Origin: Fidelibacterota bacterium
Lineage (GTDB): Bacteria > Fidelibacterota > UBA8477 > JABMPR01
Length of the DNA stretch: 64,000 nt
Assembly: GCA_018673925.1 (NCBI GenBank)
Contig: JABHBL010000096.1
Coordinates: 84,071-148,070, forward strand
Reading direction: 5' to 3'
Part shown: positions 49,401-60,900 of the stretch, piece by piece
How positions within the stretch are numbered: position 1 is the stretch's first letter
How the letters are laid out: every line of letters starts with the position of its first letter
Translations under genes and position numbers: made by a program
Notes under the pieces: model-generated
Told to the model about the DNA's origin: nothing
The model's database searches: none
Seen by the model: the letters and a program-made list of their open reading frames with translations, nothing else

Positions 49401-52400
49401 TGGAATGGTTTATTCCAGAAAATCATCTGGACCAGATTCGAAGTTTTCTCGAAGATGGAAATGTAAACGACCCTGAAACTCAAGATCAATACATCGAAGA
49501 CCTTAGTGATTGCCTCGAGATATATCGCAAGAGTCAATTGGCCCAGAAGATCTCAAGTATTGACCCAATCAATAAACTACCAGAGTTACCTGTCTTTGGA
49601 TTCCTGAAGAACAACACCCACATGTTTAAAGTTTCTGGCATTATTGATTTGCTTTATCAGAGTGAAGGTGAGTGGGTCGTTCTCGATTATAAAACAGACA
49701 AAGAAGTTCCAACTGAAAATGAGTTGAAGCAGCATGCCTATTGGTACCAGATTCAGACCTATTTGTGGATGCTTAAATATTTGTATGGAATAGAAGCACG
49801 AGGAGAACTCTACTTCAATCGGTTTGACATGCTGATTCCCATCGTCTTCGAAGAGGAGCTGTACTTCACCGGTCTGACTACCTATGAACATGGACGAGGT
49901 TTAAAACCGGTATTGCCTGGTGCTCAGGATATAAACCCCAGTTTGACGGAAATTTTAAAACGTCAGGGTGACCTGTCAGAAATGCTCATCATCGAGCCCA
50001 CAAAAAATAGTGGTGAGTTGTTGGCTCAATCACTGGCGAAGGCCGGACTCAATCATCCCAGATTACAAATCATGACCCTGGGTGAAGTTCGCAAAATGAC
50101 CGAGCCAGTTGGTCGTAGACTTACACCATACCTGACACGTTTAGGAATTGCACAACTCTCTGGAAAACGGTTACAGTGGGGCGTAGTGAATCGTCTGGCT
50201 GAAGCTTTCTATAAAGCGACTGGGGGAGAGGGTGTCGTAGATGGGAAGCAGGAGCTCTATGCGGAATTTTTAGACTGGTGCGAGAAGCAATCCATACAGA
50301 CGCCGGGTCAAAATTATGACTTAAAGCAATTGCCTGTTTCCAGGAGAATCATCGTCAACTCAATCCATTCTACATCTCCTTCAGATTATGATTTCTTAAG
50401 AGCGCTTACAGTCAATCATGACCTCATATTCTTTGATCCCCTGAGGGGTGGTCAGGCAGTATCAGGATTTGACATGTCTATTGAGGCTTGGATGTCTCAG
50501 GAGGAAATGCCTTCCAAGGACAAGCGTCATAGCTACACACCCTGCTTCTCCATATATGAAGAGGCGGTCCTGGTGGCAGATCAAATTAGACAACTGATCA
50601 AGGACAATGTGGTAGCAGCTGACATTCGGATTGCTGTCTCCTCTATGGAACGTTATGTCCCCGCCATTAAAAGAGTTTTTGACCAACAGGGTATTTCGGT
50701 GCGTTTGAGTAAGCGCGAACCGGTCATGGAACGACCAGTTACTCAATTAGGCTTTGCGCTTATTCAGGGACGACTCCGGCAACAGATTTCCTGGGATATG
50801 GCCATGTCTGTCTGGCTCCATCCACTTGTCATCCCTAGTGGGGCAGAGGGCTATGCAAGATTAAAACTTGATATTGAGATGCGAAAACTTGGGGTCACCC
50901 ATGTGAGTGAAAATCTCCTGGAGATGGTCACACATCCCAAGCTCCAGGAAACCATGAAGGAACTGCTTCAATTTTTATCAGAGACGTGGCAAACAGGACA
51001 GCCCCTGGGGTTGGTAGATGCTGCGGACTGGTTGATTGTGACACTAAAGAATTTCCAGTTTGCCCATCGTCTCGATGCAGGTAGTGTAGCCTCAAAATCT
51101 TATACATCATTGAAGAATGCCATTCTCGGTTTAAGTAAGGATTGGAAGCGATATTTAAGTCGCAAGGGGAGTCTTGCCGATCTGAATCGAGAATTGAGGG
51201 AGCGCCTTCGGGGTGTGGAAGTAACCTCATCCAGCCAGGGTTTTGGCATTGATGTGATCTCCCTGTTGGACACTTTGAATTTGAAGTCCGGTCATCTATT
51301 TGTCATGGGTCTTACTGAGGGACAATTCCCCTTGACCATGAATACCAATCCATATTTGATGCCTGCTTCCCTGAACCCCTGGTATCTGAATCTCTATTTA
51401 TTCAAGCAATGGCTCAGTTTCCCCGATGGTCAACTTCATCTCACTGCGCCCTCAAGGAATGCTGATGGGGCGGTACTTCAGGAAAGTACTTTCTGCCAAT
51501 ATTTAGAGAAATTGGATTATCCAATACTTACTTCATTGTCGCAGGACCAGCAATACATTCAACTCGCGGGGAAGCGCTTCGCGACACCCACTTCTCAACG
51601 TCAAATTCGACACAATCAGCTACAGCAAGGCACACATCAAGGGGCATGGCAGGGCAAACTGTATGATCATGATATCAGTGAATTTGATCATATCTCGGCT
51701 TCAGCCTTTGACGAGCTGATTAAATGTCCACAACGATATTGGTATAGTCGTAAACTTCGGCTCGAGGCTGCTGAAACCAATATTGCAGACCGTGAGGAAA
51801 TTGAAGTAGGTAATCTGGTTCACAAGGTTCTAGAGCGTTTTGGACGGGCTGGTGGATTTTTACTGGCTAATAATAACTTCTCCGCAGCCCTTCAAAAACT
51901 GGAGGAGATCGCTACTGCGCTGTTGGAAGAAAAGGAAATCGATCTGGATGCTGATTTACTACATAATAAATGGGGCGAGTTATACTTTAGAAATTTCCAG
52001 GATGTAGAACAGAACCTGATAGCCGCTATGTTGAAAATGGAACTTAATGTGTTAACTGCTTTCCTTGATGTTGGACTCCATGAGCAGGCATTTGGAGAAA
52101 CCGAGGATAAGCAATCCTGGCCTGCCTATAAAATTGAAGGGAGCTCCATAAAACTTTCTCTTCTGGGAAAAATTGATCGTGTTCTGGTTTCTGGGAAGCG
52201 GGTCTGGGCAACTGATTATAAAACCGGTAAAGTTGATATAAACGAAAGCAAAGAACTCTGGACAAGCCAGATGCTCTTCTACTATCTGGTTCTCAAATCA
52301 CAATATCCTGATAGTGATGTTGTTTTGACCTATGAGCAGATCAAGGGATACAGAGACAATGCTATTGGAATAAAGGGGTATATCGGGGATGTGGATAGTG

Positions 52401-52618
52401 ATCATCCCGTGATGGATACGCTTCCTTCTCGATCAAGGGCTACAATGGCTATTGGTGGCGAGGCAGACTGGACAGTTGATAGAATAAAAGCTGAGACGCT
52501 TCACTATGCACAAGCCCTGGCAGACAATCATTTCCCACTAACAAGCCGAGATGAGAAACATGCCTGTGCCTATTGTCCTTATGATAGGATTTGCAGGAAG
52601 ACTGCCTTGCCGAGATAA
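46415..52618 (+). CDS. Single-polypeptide AddA-like SF1 helicase/nuclease fused to an AddB-like Fe-S nuclease module (2067 aa)
   Basis: Full UvrD/AddA motif set: Walker A ACAGAGKTW, Ia ILVITFTRKAAAEM, II ILFDEFQDTN, III FIVGDTKQSIYRFNQA, IV TYRSSQ, V/VI ILTIHKAKGLEYPVVLL and LFYVAVTRAKYGV. First PD-(D/E)XK nuclease GIIDLLYQSEGEWVVLDYKTDK...YWYQIQTY. Then a ~900-aa AddB-like region with second nuclease GKIDRVLVSGKRVWATDYKTGK...MLFYY. Cys set C(IKCPQRYWY)...CAYCPYDRIC matches the AddB/Cas4 C-x2-C-x5-C Fe-S staple. Confidence 0.8.
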   Translation: MSIDLNKVFDLNKNIFIEACAGAGKTWLLSKRYSTIMNDFARQHENLISKKDASNILVITFTRKAAAEMAGRIYEDLNKLLNDEALENVESDFGSSLRSASESTKMHLRSTFSKNAISTIDSFCAQILREQAERLDIDPEFRIQDEADTQRMELETWEKYLGECSRNDDKDLKTLLDHLSVRHISEYVKKFQSHAQLMVGWLEHHSSTSPEDLQTEFKTKHPLPASLAEIEPVLIQLLDGLPTSEKMLDSNHSQYQVLRDLLELLSNPIEDDYRYGQELIEFVRRIALTKDRKNYLKRPSVPSNVWPEDFKDEVRARLREFKDRAEQLFPYETLMHEIPSVWDIEACLVNHHFAKFFQGYWEALNQRLKREGILSFNEVMLKTREILRDDQIAALYGQRYQHILFDEFQDTNDVRWDIVRLIAEAGQGVLRNRGLFIVGDTKQSIYRFNQADVQVMNRVRKIIKKGDGWVLTADETYRSSQKYVSEVINPLISSAFPGDEDRDSIELYETVFRPSNAAKSTKKDDNSTGISRCTVSVVLDDKASRGSAVDIYKTADLTLEWLEWVNENELEPESGPSIGILLRSFTPILDYIRIFTRKGIEFEVLSSKGLFEQQESFDVYHLISVLLNPLDDQALVGILRSPFFVMKDEDIQRLKDASRDRSNSGWVWNGLKQLNPEICDTLRDWQQASAREPLDRLIEKIISEDERRLSWISETGGVLRLANLDRIILMVHQLSLDGLGVREIHEYFKFQIQHGDASQAELPGAARVQILTIHKAKGLEYPVVLLPGMQSPIPSDRSGVFIGRHEGDWQAGITLDSKRASHKTWMYEQIKEQTKAEEEAEDKRLFYVAVTRAKYGVGFIAKIKPDTKASATSRWGRYLHPVFDLDLDKDLALNDPQALQKEWQDRSTAAVNYDLTMGSDILLSEAGRSISAAADITQIDPVMQSLVYSEISPHTIMKWMDKKKYAGSDEGQLGDDLDLETAPKTFGLLLHRAMELEWFIPENHLDQIRSFLEDGNVNDPETQDQYIEDLSDCLEIYRKSQLAQKISSIDPINKLPELPVFGFLKNNTHMFKVSGIIDLLYQSEGEWVVLDYKTDKEVPTENELKQHAYWYQIQTYLWMLKYLYGIEARGELYFNRFDMLIPIVFEEELYFTGLTTYEHGRGLKPVLPGAQDINPSLTEILKRQGDLSEMLIIEPTKNSGELLAQSLAKAGLNHPRLQIMTLGEVRKMTEPVGRRLTPYLTRLGIAQLSGKRLQWGVVNRLAEAFYKATGGEGVVDGKQELYAEFLDWCEKQSIQTPGQNYDLKQLPVSRRIIVNSIHSTSPSDYDFLRALTVNHDLIFFDPLRGGQAVSGFDMSIEAWMSQEEMPSKDKRHSYTPCFSIYEEAVLVADQIRQLIKDNVVAADIRIAVSSMERYVPAIKRVFDQQGISVRLSKREPVMERPVTQLGFALIQGRLRQQISWDMAMSVWLHPLVIPSGAEGYARLKLDIEMRKLGVTHVSENLLEMVTHPKLQETMKELLQFLSETWQTGQPLGLVDAADWLIVTLKNFQFAHRLDAGSVASKSYTSLKNAILGLSKDWKRYLSRKGSLADLNRELRERLRGVEVTSSSQGFGIDVISLLDTLNLKSGHLFVMGLTEGQFPLTMNTNPYLMPASLNPWYLNLYLFKQWLSFPDGQLHLTAPSRNADGAVLQESTFCQYLEKLDYPILTSLSQDQQYIQLAGKRFATPTSQRQIRHNQLQQGTHQGAWQGKLYDHDISEFDHISASAFDELIKCPQRYWYSRKLRLEAAETNIADREEIEVGNLVHKVLERFGRAGGFLLANNNFSAALQKLEEIATALLEEKEIDLDADLLHNKWGELYFRNFQDVEQNLIAAMLKMELNVLTAFLDVGLHEQAFGETEDKQSWPAYKIEGSSIKLSLLGKIDRVLVSGKRVWATDYKTGKVDINESKELWTSQMLFYYLVLKSQYPDSDVVLTYEQIKGYRDNAIGIKGYIGDVDSDHPVMDTLPSRSRATMAIGGEADWTVDRIKAETLHYAQALADNHFPLTSRDEKHACAYCPYDRICRKTALPR

Positions 52619-52768
52619 ATTTAGGAGTTGGACATGGTGTTTACTTTCCTGACCCAAGCTGGTCCTTGAGCTTGTCGAAAGGCGCGAAGGCAGGTCGAAA
52701 TGTTCAATGTATTTGACAAATGAACCGTGGGCTTCGATAAACTCAGCCTCCGGTTAGATTTTGAGAAA

Positions 52769-54574
52769 TTATTCTAACTCAGATATTTCACTACCCTGAG
52801 ATTCCCAGTTTTCTAATAGCGATTCAAGTTCGATATCTAGCTTTTTAATTGCAGTTGAAAGCTCTGCTAGTTTAGCGGGATCAGTTGCATTCTCAGGATT
52901 GTGAAGCTCCGCTTCAAGGGCTGACTTTGCTATTTCAGCTTTATCAATATCGCGTTCAGTTTTATTAAATGTTTTACGCAGAGTTTTAAGTCGTTGGTGT
53001 CGCAGTTTGTTGTTGCTGGGGTTGCGAACTTCTGCTGGTTCATCAATGATGTTTAATGACTTTTGATAGTTCGTTAGTTGATAGGTGTCAGCAAAGACTT
53101 TTACAGTCCCATCACCAGCCAGATAGATGATCTCATCACAAACCCGATCCATTAAATAACGATCATGTGTTATCAAGAGCAGGGCGCCATTAAACTCCAG
53201 CAGACTTTCCTCAAGTACTTCCAGAGTGGGAATGTCCAGATCATTGGTTGGTTCATCCAGAATGAGAATCTCAGCCGTTTCAAGCATGATCTTGGCCAGC
53301 AAGACACGAGCTCTTTCCCCACCTGACAGCTGGGAGATGGGAAGCTCCAACTGCTCTTTCTGGAATAGAAACTTCTGGGCCCAGGCGCTGACGTGGAGGG
53401 GGTTTCCGTGGAATATTACCGTATCACCATCAGGAGCAAGAGCATGCCTGAGTGACAGTTTTTCATTGGGGAGATGACGTGATTGATCAAGTGTCACCAG
53501 ATTAACCCCTTGTGTAACTTCTACCTCACCAGTGTCGGCTTCCAACTGCCCGCGCAGGACATCAATCAGACTACTCTTACCAGATCCATTGACACCCATA
53601 ATACCGATTTTCATACGAGGAGATAGAAAGATTTCGAGATCCTTAAACAGGCTTTGTCCCCCTCTGGCTTTACTGATTCCTCTGGCATGGAGAAGCTTTT
53701 TTGAACGTCGGTTACCGGCTTCAAATTTTAAACCAGCCTCCGTTTGGAGGTTGTTGCGTTGTTTTAATTCTGAAAGATCATCAATCATATCATAGGCTTT
53801 ATCCACACGATATTGGGCTTTGGTAGTGCGGGCTTTGGGTCCATGTCGCAACCAATCGATTTCTCGTCTCACCTTATTTGACAGTGCCGCTTCTTCCAAG
53901 CGTTGATCGTTTAGATACTTTTCCTGGTCCTGGAGAAATTGAGAATAGTTGCCTCTGACCTTGAGGTAGCCCTGTTTATAGCGTCGATCAAGATCCATGA
54001 TACGATTGCAGGTATTCTCCAAAATAAAGCGATCATGACTGATCAAAATGAAGGCAAACTTCGCTTGCTGGAGAAACGATTCTAACCAAAGAATCCCTTG
54101 TAGATCTAAATGATTGGTCGGTTCATCCAGGAGTACCAGATCATTATCCTGTGCCAGAATGCAGGCCAACGCGACACGCTTCTTCCAGCCTCCCGACAGT
54201 GTACCAGAAACCTTATCGAGATCTGTAAACTGCATTTGCTCCTGAATATCTTTGAGCTGTTTCTGCCGCTCCCAGTCTTCCAGATGATCTGGGAAGTGAT
54301 TAGAGATGATTTCTCGTATGGATAAATCCTCATCAAAGACATCTGCTTGAGGGAGATACGAAATGCGAATACCTGAGCTGAAGGACATCTCACCATCATC
54401 AATTTGTTCAAGACTTGCCAGGATTTTCAGGAGGGTCGATTTGCCAGCACCATTGGGTCCGATGAGACCAATGCGTTCGCCGGAATGGATGTTGATAGAC
54501 AGGTTTTTAAACAGGAGGGTATTGCTATATGATTTATGGATGTTTTGTGTGGAGATAAGCGTTGAGGGAGTCAC
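52769..54574 (-). CDS. ABC-F family ATPase (Uup-like, two NBDs plus C-terminal coiled-coil)
   Basis: NBD1 GLIGPNGAGKSTLLKIL / LSGGWKKRVALA / LLDEPTNHLD. NBD2 GIMGVNGSGKSSLI / LSGGERARVLLA / LILDEPTNDLD. Charged coiled-coil tail. Confidence 0.85.
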   Translation of the reverse strand: MTPSTLISTQNIHKSYSNTLLFKNLSINIHSGERIGLIGPNGAGKSTLLKILASLEQIDDGEMSFSSGIRISYLPQADVFDEDLSIREIISNHFPDHLEDWERQKQLKDIQEQMQFTDLDKVSGTLSGGWKKRVALACILAQDNDLVLLDEPTNHLDLQGILWLESFLQQAKFAFILISHDRFILENTCNRIMDLDRRYKQGYLKVRGNYSQFLQDQEKYLNDQRLEEAALSNKVRREIDWLRHGPKARTTKAQYRVDKAYDMIDDLSELKQRNNLQTEAGLKFEAGNRRSKKLLHARGISKARGGQSLFKDLEIFLSPRMKIGIMGVNGSGKSSLIDVLRGQLEADTGEVEVTQGVNLVTLDQSRHLPNEKLSLRHALAPDGDTVIFHGNPLHVSAWAQKFLFQKEQLELPISQLSGGERARVLLAKIMLETAEILILDEPTNDLDIPTLEVLEESLLEFNGALLLITHDRYLMDRVCDEIIYLAGDGTVKVFADTYQLTNYQKSLNIIDEPAEVRNPSNNKLRHQRLKTLRKTFNKTERDIDKAEIAKSALEAELHNPENATDPAKLAELSTAIKKLDIELESLLENWESQGSEISELE

Positions 54575-54957
54575 AAGAACTACTTTCGATTACTGTTTCA
54601 AGAGGGTTACTAAAATCAAACTCATGAATCAATATAATAGGGACTACAGAATATGCTATTTGTGCAAAGAAATAATTGATAAGCCAAATCTATTAAAAAA
54701 TTATGGCAGAATGATGAGTCCTCGTTAAGATGTTAGTGAATAAAATGGATATAATTAAAATATTATTGCGATAAATAAAAATTTCAATAGTGAGGGAGAT
54801 CAAGTCGGGGCGAAACGTTATAATTGTGACGCTTTTAGTGCTTGTATGACGTACCCTCACCCCATATTATGTTCAAAACGAAGAAAATGAAATGAATTAG
54901 CACCTAAGGTGCTGATATTGTTTTATTTATTGCATGCAACAAAATAACGGAGGAAGT

Positions 54958-57900
54958 ATGTGGCGTAAATTGTTACTAACTGGCTTGATATTTTCCGTAG
55001 CTTTTACATCAGCATTTGCTGTTGATGTTCAAGCAATTGGAGAGGATCATACCGCTGCTGTAATCGAGAAAAATAGATTGGACATGTCCAATGCTAACAC
55101 ATTGTTAGCAAGGGATGCATCAGATCGTAATGATTTTGGTGTCCTGGATCTTAGATACGATTATGTCTACCCAATTGATGACTTAACTGTTACCGCGAGT
55201 AACGATCTTGACACAGTAGTTGTTGCTGATGTCGCCACGGTCGGAACCGTGACCATCGACTACGATTGGGTTACAGATAATTATCCTGGTGAGGGTTCAT
55301 TTACCATGACCTCACCTGCAGGTACCGAATTAACAATCGGTGCTGGTCAAACATCTGGGCATTATACTGTTGAATTAGCCGGATTTTCTGGTGAAGATCT
55401 TGCAGGTAACTGGATTTTCTCAGCAAATGACTCATGGGGTGATGGTGGTCATTCCTTATCAGGTGCCACAATGAACGTTGATATGGCTGCAATCGTACCA
55501 GAGATTAGTTTTTCTGACGACGCCTTAGACTTTGGTACACTTCCCGTTGGTCTGTATGCTGAAAAGACACTCACAATTAATAATTTAGGTGGCGGTGCTT
55601 TAACCGTTTCCAGTATTAATGCTGACGATGCAAATTTCTATCTTGGAACTCTTAGCATTGCACCAGTACCTGCTTTTAGCAGTGTTGATATCATTGTTGG
55701 TTATGAACCAGCTGCTTCAGGTGCTCACATAGCAAATCTCGTTTTCACCTCCGATGATGCTGGCTCTCCAGACACAGTAGCACTTTCTGGAACTGCCATT
55801 GATCCTGTAACAACAGGTGGCCCCGATGTGGCTGGATATACCTGGGTGAGCAGTCTTGATGCTGCTGGACCAACTTTTACCTGGATTGACACAGTTGGAT
55901 CTACAGATGCCAATATCGCCAATGGTGATGACTATCGTGGTACTATTGATATTCCATTTACCTTTAGGTATTATGGTAATCTTTACACTCAACTCACGGC
56001 CACCACAAATGGCTGGGTTGGAATGGGACCTTCCTCAGGTTATAGCAGTTCCTATTGGACAAATACAACTATTCCAAGCGCGACGCTTCCAGATAATATG
56101 ATTGCCCCATTATGGGATGATTTTAAGGCTGGTGATGGTCCTGCAAGTACAAGTTCAGCACATGGTACCATAAAATATATCACCTTGGGAACCGAGCCAA
56201 ATCGTCAGTTTGTTGTCATCTTTGATGAAATCGTTCGTGGAACCTATGATACTGATTATTTCAGTTTTGAAGTTATTCTGGATGAAGCGACCAGTGATAT
56301 TACTATTCAATATCTTGACGTAGTAGCTGGCAGCTCCGCAGATAATGGAATTGGCGGCACGATTGGTATCGAGAATGGTGATGCTACAGACGGACTACTC
56401 TATACTTATAATGGCGATCCTCAATTAATCTATGATGAAATGGCCATCCATTTTGTAGCTCCACCACCACCATCATTACCAAACATGGTACTCGATGTTA
56501 CGGAACTGAATTTTGGTTCAGTTGCTGTAGGTGGATCAGCTAGTGCTGATGTCATGATTACCAATAATGGTAGTGGTGACCTGGTTGTATCAGGTGCCAC
56601 AGTTGCAGCTCCTTTCTCAACTACCTATTCAGGTACAATTGCTGAGAATACTTCTGCTACAGCAACCATCTTTTTTGATCCAACGGCTACTGGCTCTTTT
56701 GCTGAGACACTGACCTTTACAGTCACCGGTGATTATACTGCTGATGATGATGCGGTTGCTCTTAGTGGTAGTGCCTATCCTGCAGACTTTGTTCTGGAAG
56801 ATTTTGAAGGCGCTGACTTCCCACCTTATGGTTGGACGATTATCGATGTTGATGGTGGAAGCGCCATCAATCCAGATCTTTCATATATAGATCCTTATTC
56901 AGGCGAAGTTGCTGCTGAAGGTATGGGTTGTGCTGATGATTATCTCATCACACCATCCCTTACTATCCCAGCTGGCTATGCTGATTTCTCCTTCTGGCAT
57001 GGACAAGAATCTGTCAACTATGAAAACTCCTTTAAAGTGATGGTCTCAACAACTGGAACAGATCCTGCAGACTTTGTAGAAGTTGTTGATTATCCAAACA
57101 CGGTTCCACCGGCAGCTGATGCCTGGACCATGGAAACAGTAGACTTGAGTGCCTATGCTGGACAAGAAATCTATGTAGCACTCTATGTGTATTATAGTGA
57201 GTCAAGTTATTATGGGTTTGGTTTTGATGATATCCTCATGCCACCCCTCACACCGAACACCAATACCCCATTCTTCTCTGAATACATGGAAGGATCAAGT
57301 AATAATAAGGGTATTGAAATTTACAATCTAACTGGCTCCACCCTTGAGTTGGATGAGTATAGAATTATTCAGTCAAACAATGGTGGTGGCTGGGATCTTA
57401 TTCACGCCTTCCCAGCTGGCGCAACTCTGGACTTTCAGGATTTATGGATGATTGTCACAGATGCTGCTTTCCCAGAAATGCAAGCCCTGGCTGATGAAGT
57501 TCTACCCTATAACACTGAAGATAAGGTTGTTCACTTTAATGGTGATGATGCCCGTGCCTTGATCCACATTGTTGGAACTGATACCACCTTTATGGATGTT
57601 ATTGGTGTTCCCACAGAAGATCCAGGTTCAGGTTGGGATGTTGCTGGTGTTGCAGTTGGAACCCAGGAACACAACCTTGTACGTAAACCTGATGTAGAAA
57701 CCGGTAATACAGATTGGGCACTTTCTGCCGGTACCAATGCTGATGATTCAGAATGGATCGTTTATGATCAGGATTTCTGGTATGGCATGGGTTACCACAA
57801 CGAAGATTACCCACTACCCGGTGATAATTGTGACCTGGCACTTGTTTATGGTGATGTCAATGATCCTGAAATGGTAGGGACAATTGATTCCTATGGCGAA

Positions 57901-60900
57901 GCCTGGTATACCTTCTACAATGATGGTACATATGACAATGTTTTTGCATCACTCTGTGGTTCAACCTTTGATACAAAGATCGAAGTTTGGGCTGGTTGTG
58001 ATTCAGCAACGTATATTGCTTATAATGATGATTTCTGTAGTACTCAGTCAGAAGTTGATCTTGGTGAATTACCTGCTGGTGATTACTGGGTCAAAGTATT
58101 TGGGTACGGCTCCAGTTCAGGCGAGTATACGCTGAACGTTACAGGTACCAATGGAGTACCTGACTTTGTTGTAACCTCCATGGAATACTACGGTCAGGAT
58201 ACTCTGGATGTTGTTGTTACCAATATTGGTGATGGCGACTCTCCTGGATATGCTGGAACTGATTATCATGGTCTGTACATTGATGGTGATTATCTCGGTT
58301 ATGTTGCTGAGATGGACGTTGCCCTTTTGGCAGGCCAGAGCTATACATATAGTCTCACTGGTGTCAACTATGACTTCCTCGGTGTTGGAATACACGAAGT
58401 TGTATTTGAAGCTGATACAGATGATGATGTATTAGAAATCGATGAAACAAATAATAATGATACCCTCTTGATTGAGATTGGGTATCCACCACTGGCTCCA
58501 AGACATGTTGTAGCAATGGCTGGCGAAGCTCATGTATTTCTATACTGGGAAACAGCCGTCATTCCAGTGCCAGATGTTGCTGGCCTGGGAAGAAGCATCC
58601 AAGGTGTAAGTGAAACCAGAAGCAAACCGGCGGTTGTCCTCTCTCAAGAGTTGCTGGACAAACGTGATGAAGCACGTGGCTCTGCCTTCCGTGAGGCTGG
58701 AGACACTTGTGCTGAGGCAGTAGAGCTCACTGTAGCCGATGGCTCAGTAGTATCTGCTCCTTATGCACCATACTGGTACTCATACACACCTGCTGTAGAT
58801 GGTTATCTGACAGCCTCTTCAGATGGTTTGACCACTGAAGATACCAAGGTGTATGCCTATGATGATTGTGATTTACCCTACATTGATTATGATGATGATG
58901 GCGGAGCTGGATTCCAGTCTATTCTCACCATTCCTGTAACTGGTGGAACCACTTACTACTTTGAGTGGTCTGATCAGTACAGCTCAGCAGCTTTTGATTG
59001 GTCGTTGACCTATATCGACTACCTCCCACTGGCTGATCTTGAGGTAACAGAGATGTATCAAGAGGGTGATGCTGTCTTTGCTGTGATCACCAACATTGGT
59101 GTTCTTGACGCTGCTGGCGTTTCTTGTCACTGGTGGGTTAATGGAGAAGACGTTGCATATGAATATACGGACCTCCTGATTCCAACAGCTGCTGATACAT
59201 TAGGTCTGTATGGATTTTCATGGGCCAATCTTGGCGCAGGAACTTTCAATGTTGCCATGGATGTTGATTTCTGGGGTAGCGTAGACGAAATGTCTGAAGA
59301 AAATAACCTGGATTCAATCAGTGTTGTTCTTGAAGATCCAGATTATATGCCAACTTATAATATCTATCGTGATGATGTGCTTCTTGCAGGTGGTCTCGAT
59401 GCAGTCAACAGAGACTTCGACGGTGAATATTTCGATGAAGCTGTGGTGGCGGATGTTGAGTATACTTACTACATCACCCAGATATTAGAAGACTTAAGTG
59501 AAACGATCCCATCCGAGTCTGTTTCGGCAACTCCTTGGGCTCCTATATTCTATCCATTCCCATTCACAGAAGACTTTGAAGCTGTGATGGACAACCTCCT
59601 TCCACTTGGTTATGTCACTGAAGAAATTGGTGAACCAGATGGCGGAAACTGGGAAGTTGGAGATAGTGCTTATTTCCAGACCAACACATACAATGGCTGG
59701 CATCCAGCCGGTAGCACTGGTCAGTTCGCTGGAATTGATGATGATGGTGTTGCTATTAGCTCCAACGGTAATGAAATCATGTGGACCCCATGGGTAGATT
59801 TTGCTACTGCTGTGAATCCCCAGATTCTCTTTAACTACACAGTTAGAGGTGGTCTCGGTGGTGAATTCATCGTCTTTGATGGTGAAGAAGCTATGGTATA
59901 TCCCCTGGAAGATTCACCCATGGAATGGACAGGTACTCTGTTTAACCTAGGTGAATATGCTGGAGATGTTGTCCGTTTTGGTTTCCATTATGATGATAAT
60001 GGTGGCTGGGCATATGGTATGGGTGTTGACAATATTGTTGTCGAAGAAGCACCTCTACCTGGAACCATCACTGGTACAGTAACAGATATTGATGGCAATG
60101 CTATCGATCATGCTGATGTATATGCCATGGGTCTGTTTGCCGATGAAGGCGCTATGACAGACGCAGCAGGTGCTTATACCATCACTGTTCCAGCTGGCGA
60201 TTATGACGTTGAAGTTATGCGCGTCAATTATCATCCAGCCTATGCTGAAATGGTTACTGTCGCTGAGGGTGCTGCAACAACTCTAGACTTTGTTCTGGAT
60301 CTTTACTTACCAGCCCCACAGAACCTCATGGCCTATCCAAGTATGGTAGATACTACCATCGGTCTCATGTGGGCACCTCCTGTTCCTATGGGTCAGGTTG
60401 CCTATGATGATGGAACCTATGAAGGTTTTGTTACACCAGTAAGTCCTTCTACAGCTGACAACTTCTTTGCTGCTCATTTTAAAGCTGCTATTAGTCCAGG
60501 ATATGCGATCAATGAGGTCTCTGTCCTATCTACAGCAACTGGTGCTGAATCAGCATTTGAAAGTATCTCTGTATTAAGCTCTGATGAAATGGGTCTACCA
60601 GACTTTAGCGATGTTCTCTGGACATCTGCTGGAGCGGATGCAGCATTGTATCCTGAAGCTGCCTGGGATTTCTATCCAGTTGGTGTAACACCGACTGAAC
60701 ATGATTTCTGGGTTGTTATTGAATGGCCCGTTGGTAACGAGTTTGGTCCCTATATCGGTCACGATGATGACACGTTCATAGGAAACTCAATCTGGTCCAA
60801 TGCTGCCGATACATCAGGCGCTCCTGCATGGATTATGGATCCAGGTACTTTTGCAATTCACGCTTACCTTGCTGAACCTAGTACAGGTCGTTCAGTCGTC

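Noticed and set aside
54363-54728. 121-aa plus-strand ORF upstream of the giant gene
   Set aside because: Overlaps the 5' end of the ABC-F gene on the opposite strand. Arg-rich antisense artefact.
57531-58435. Several 60-90-aa ORFs on both strands within the giant gene
   Set aside because: Nested or antisense to a continuous 7.4-kb CDS with clear domain content.
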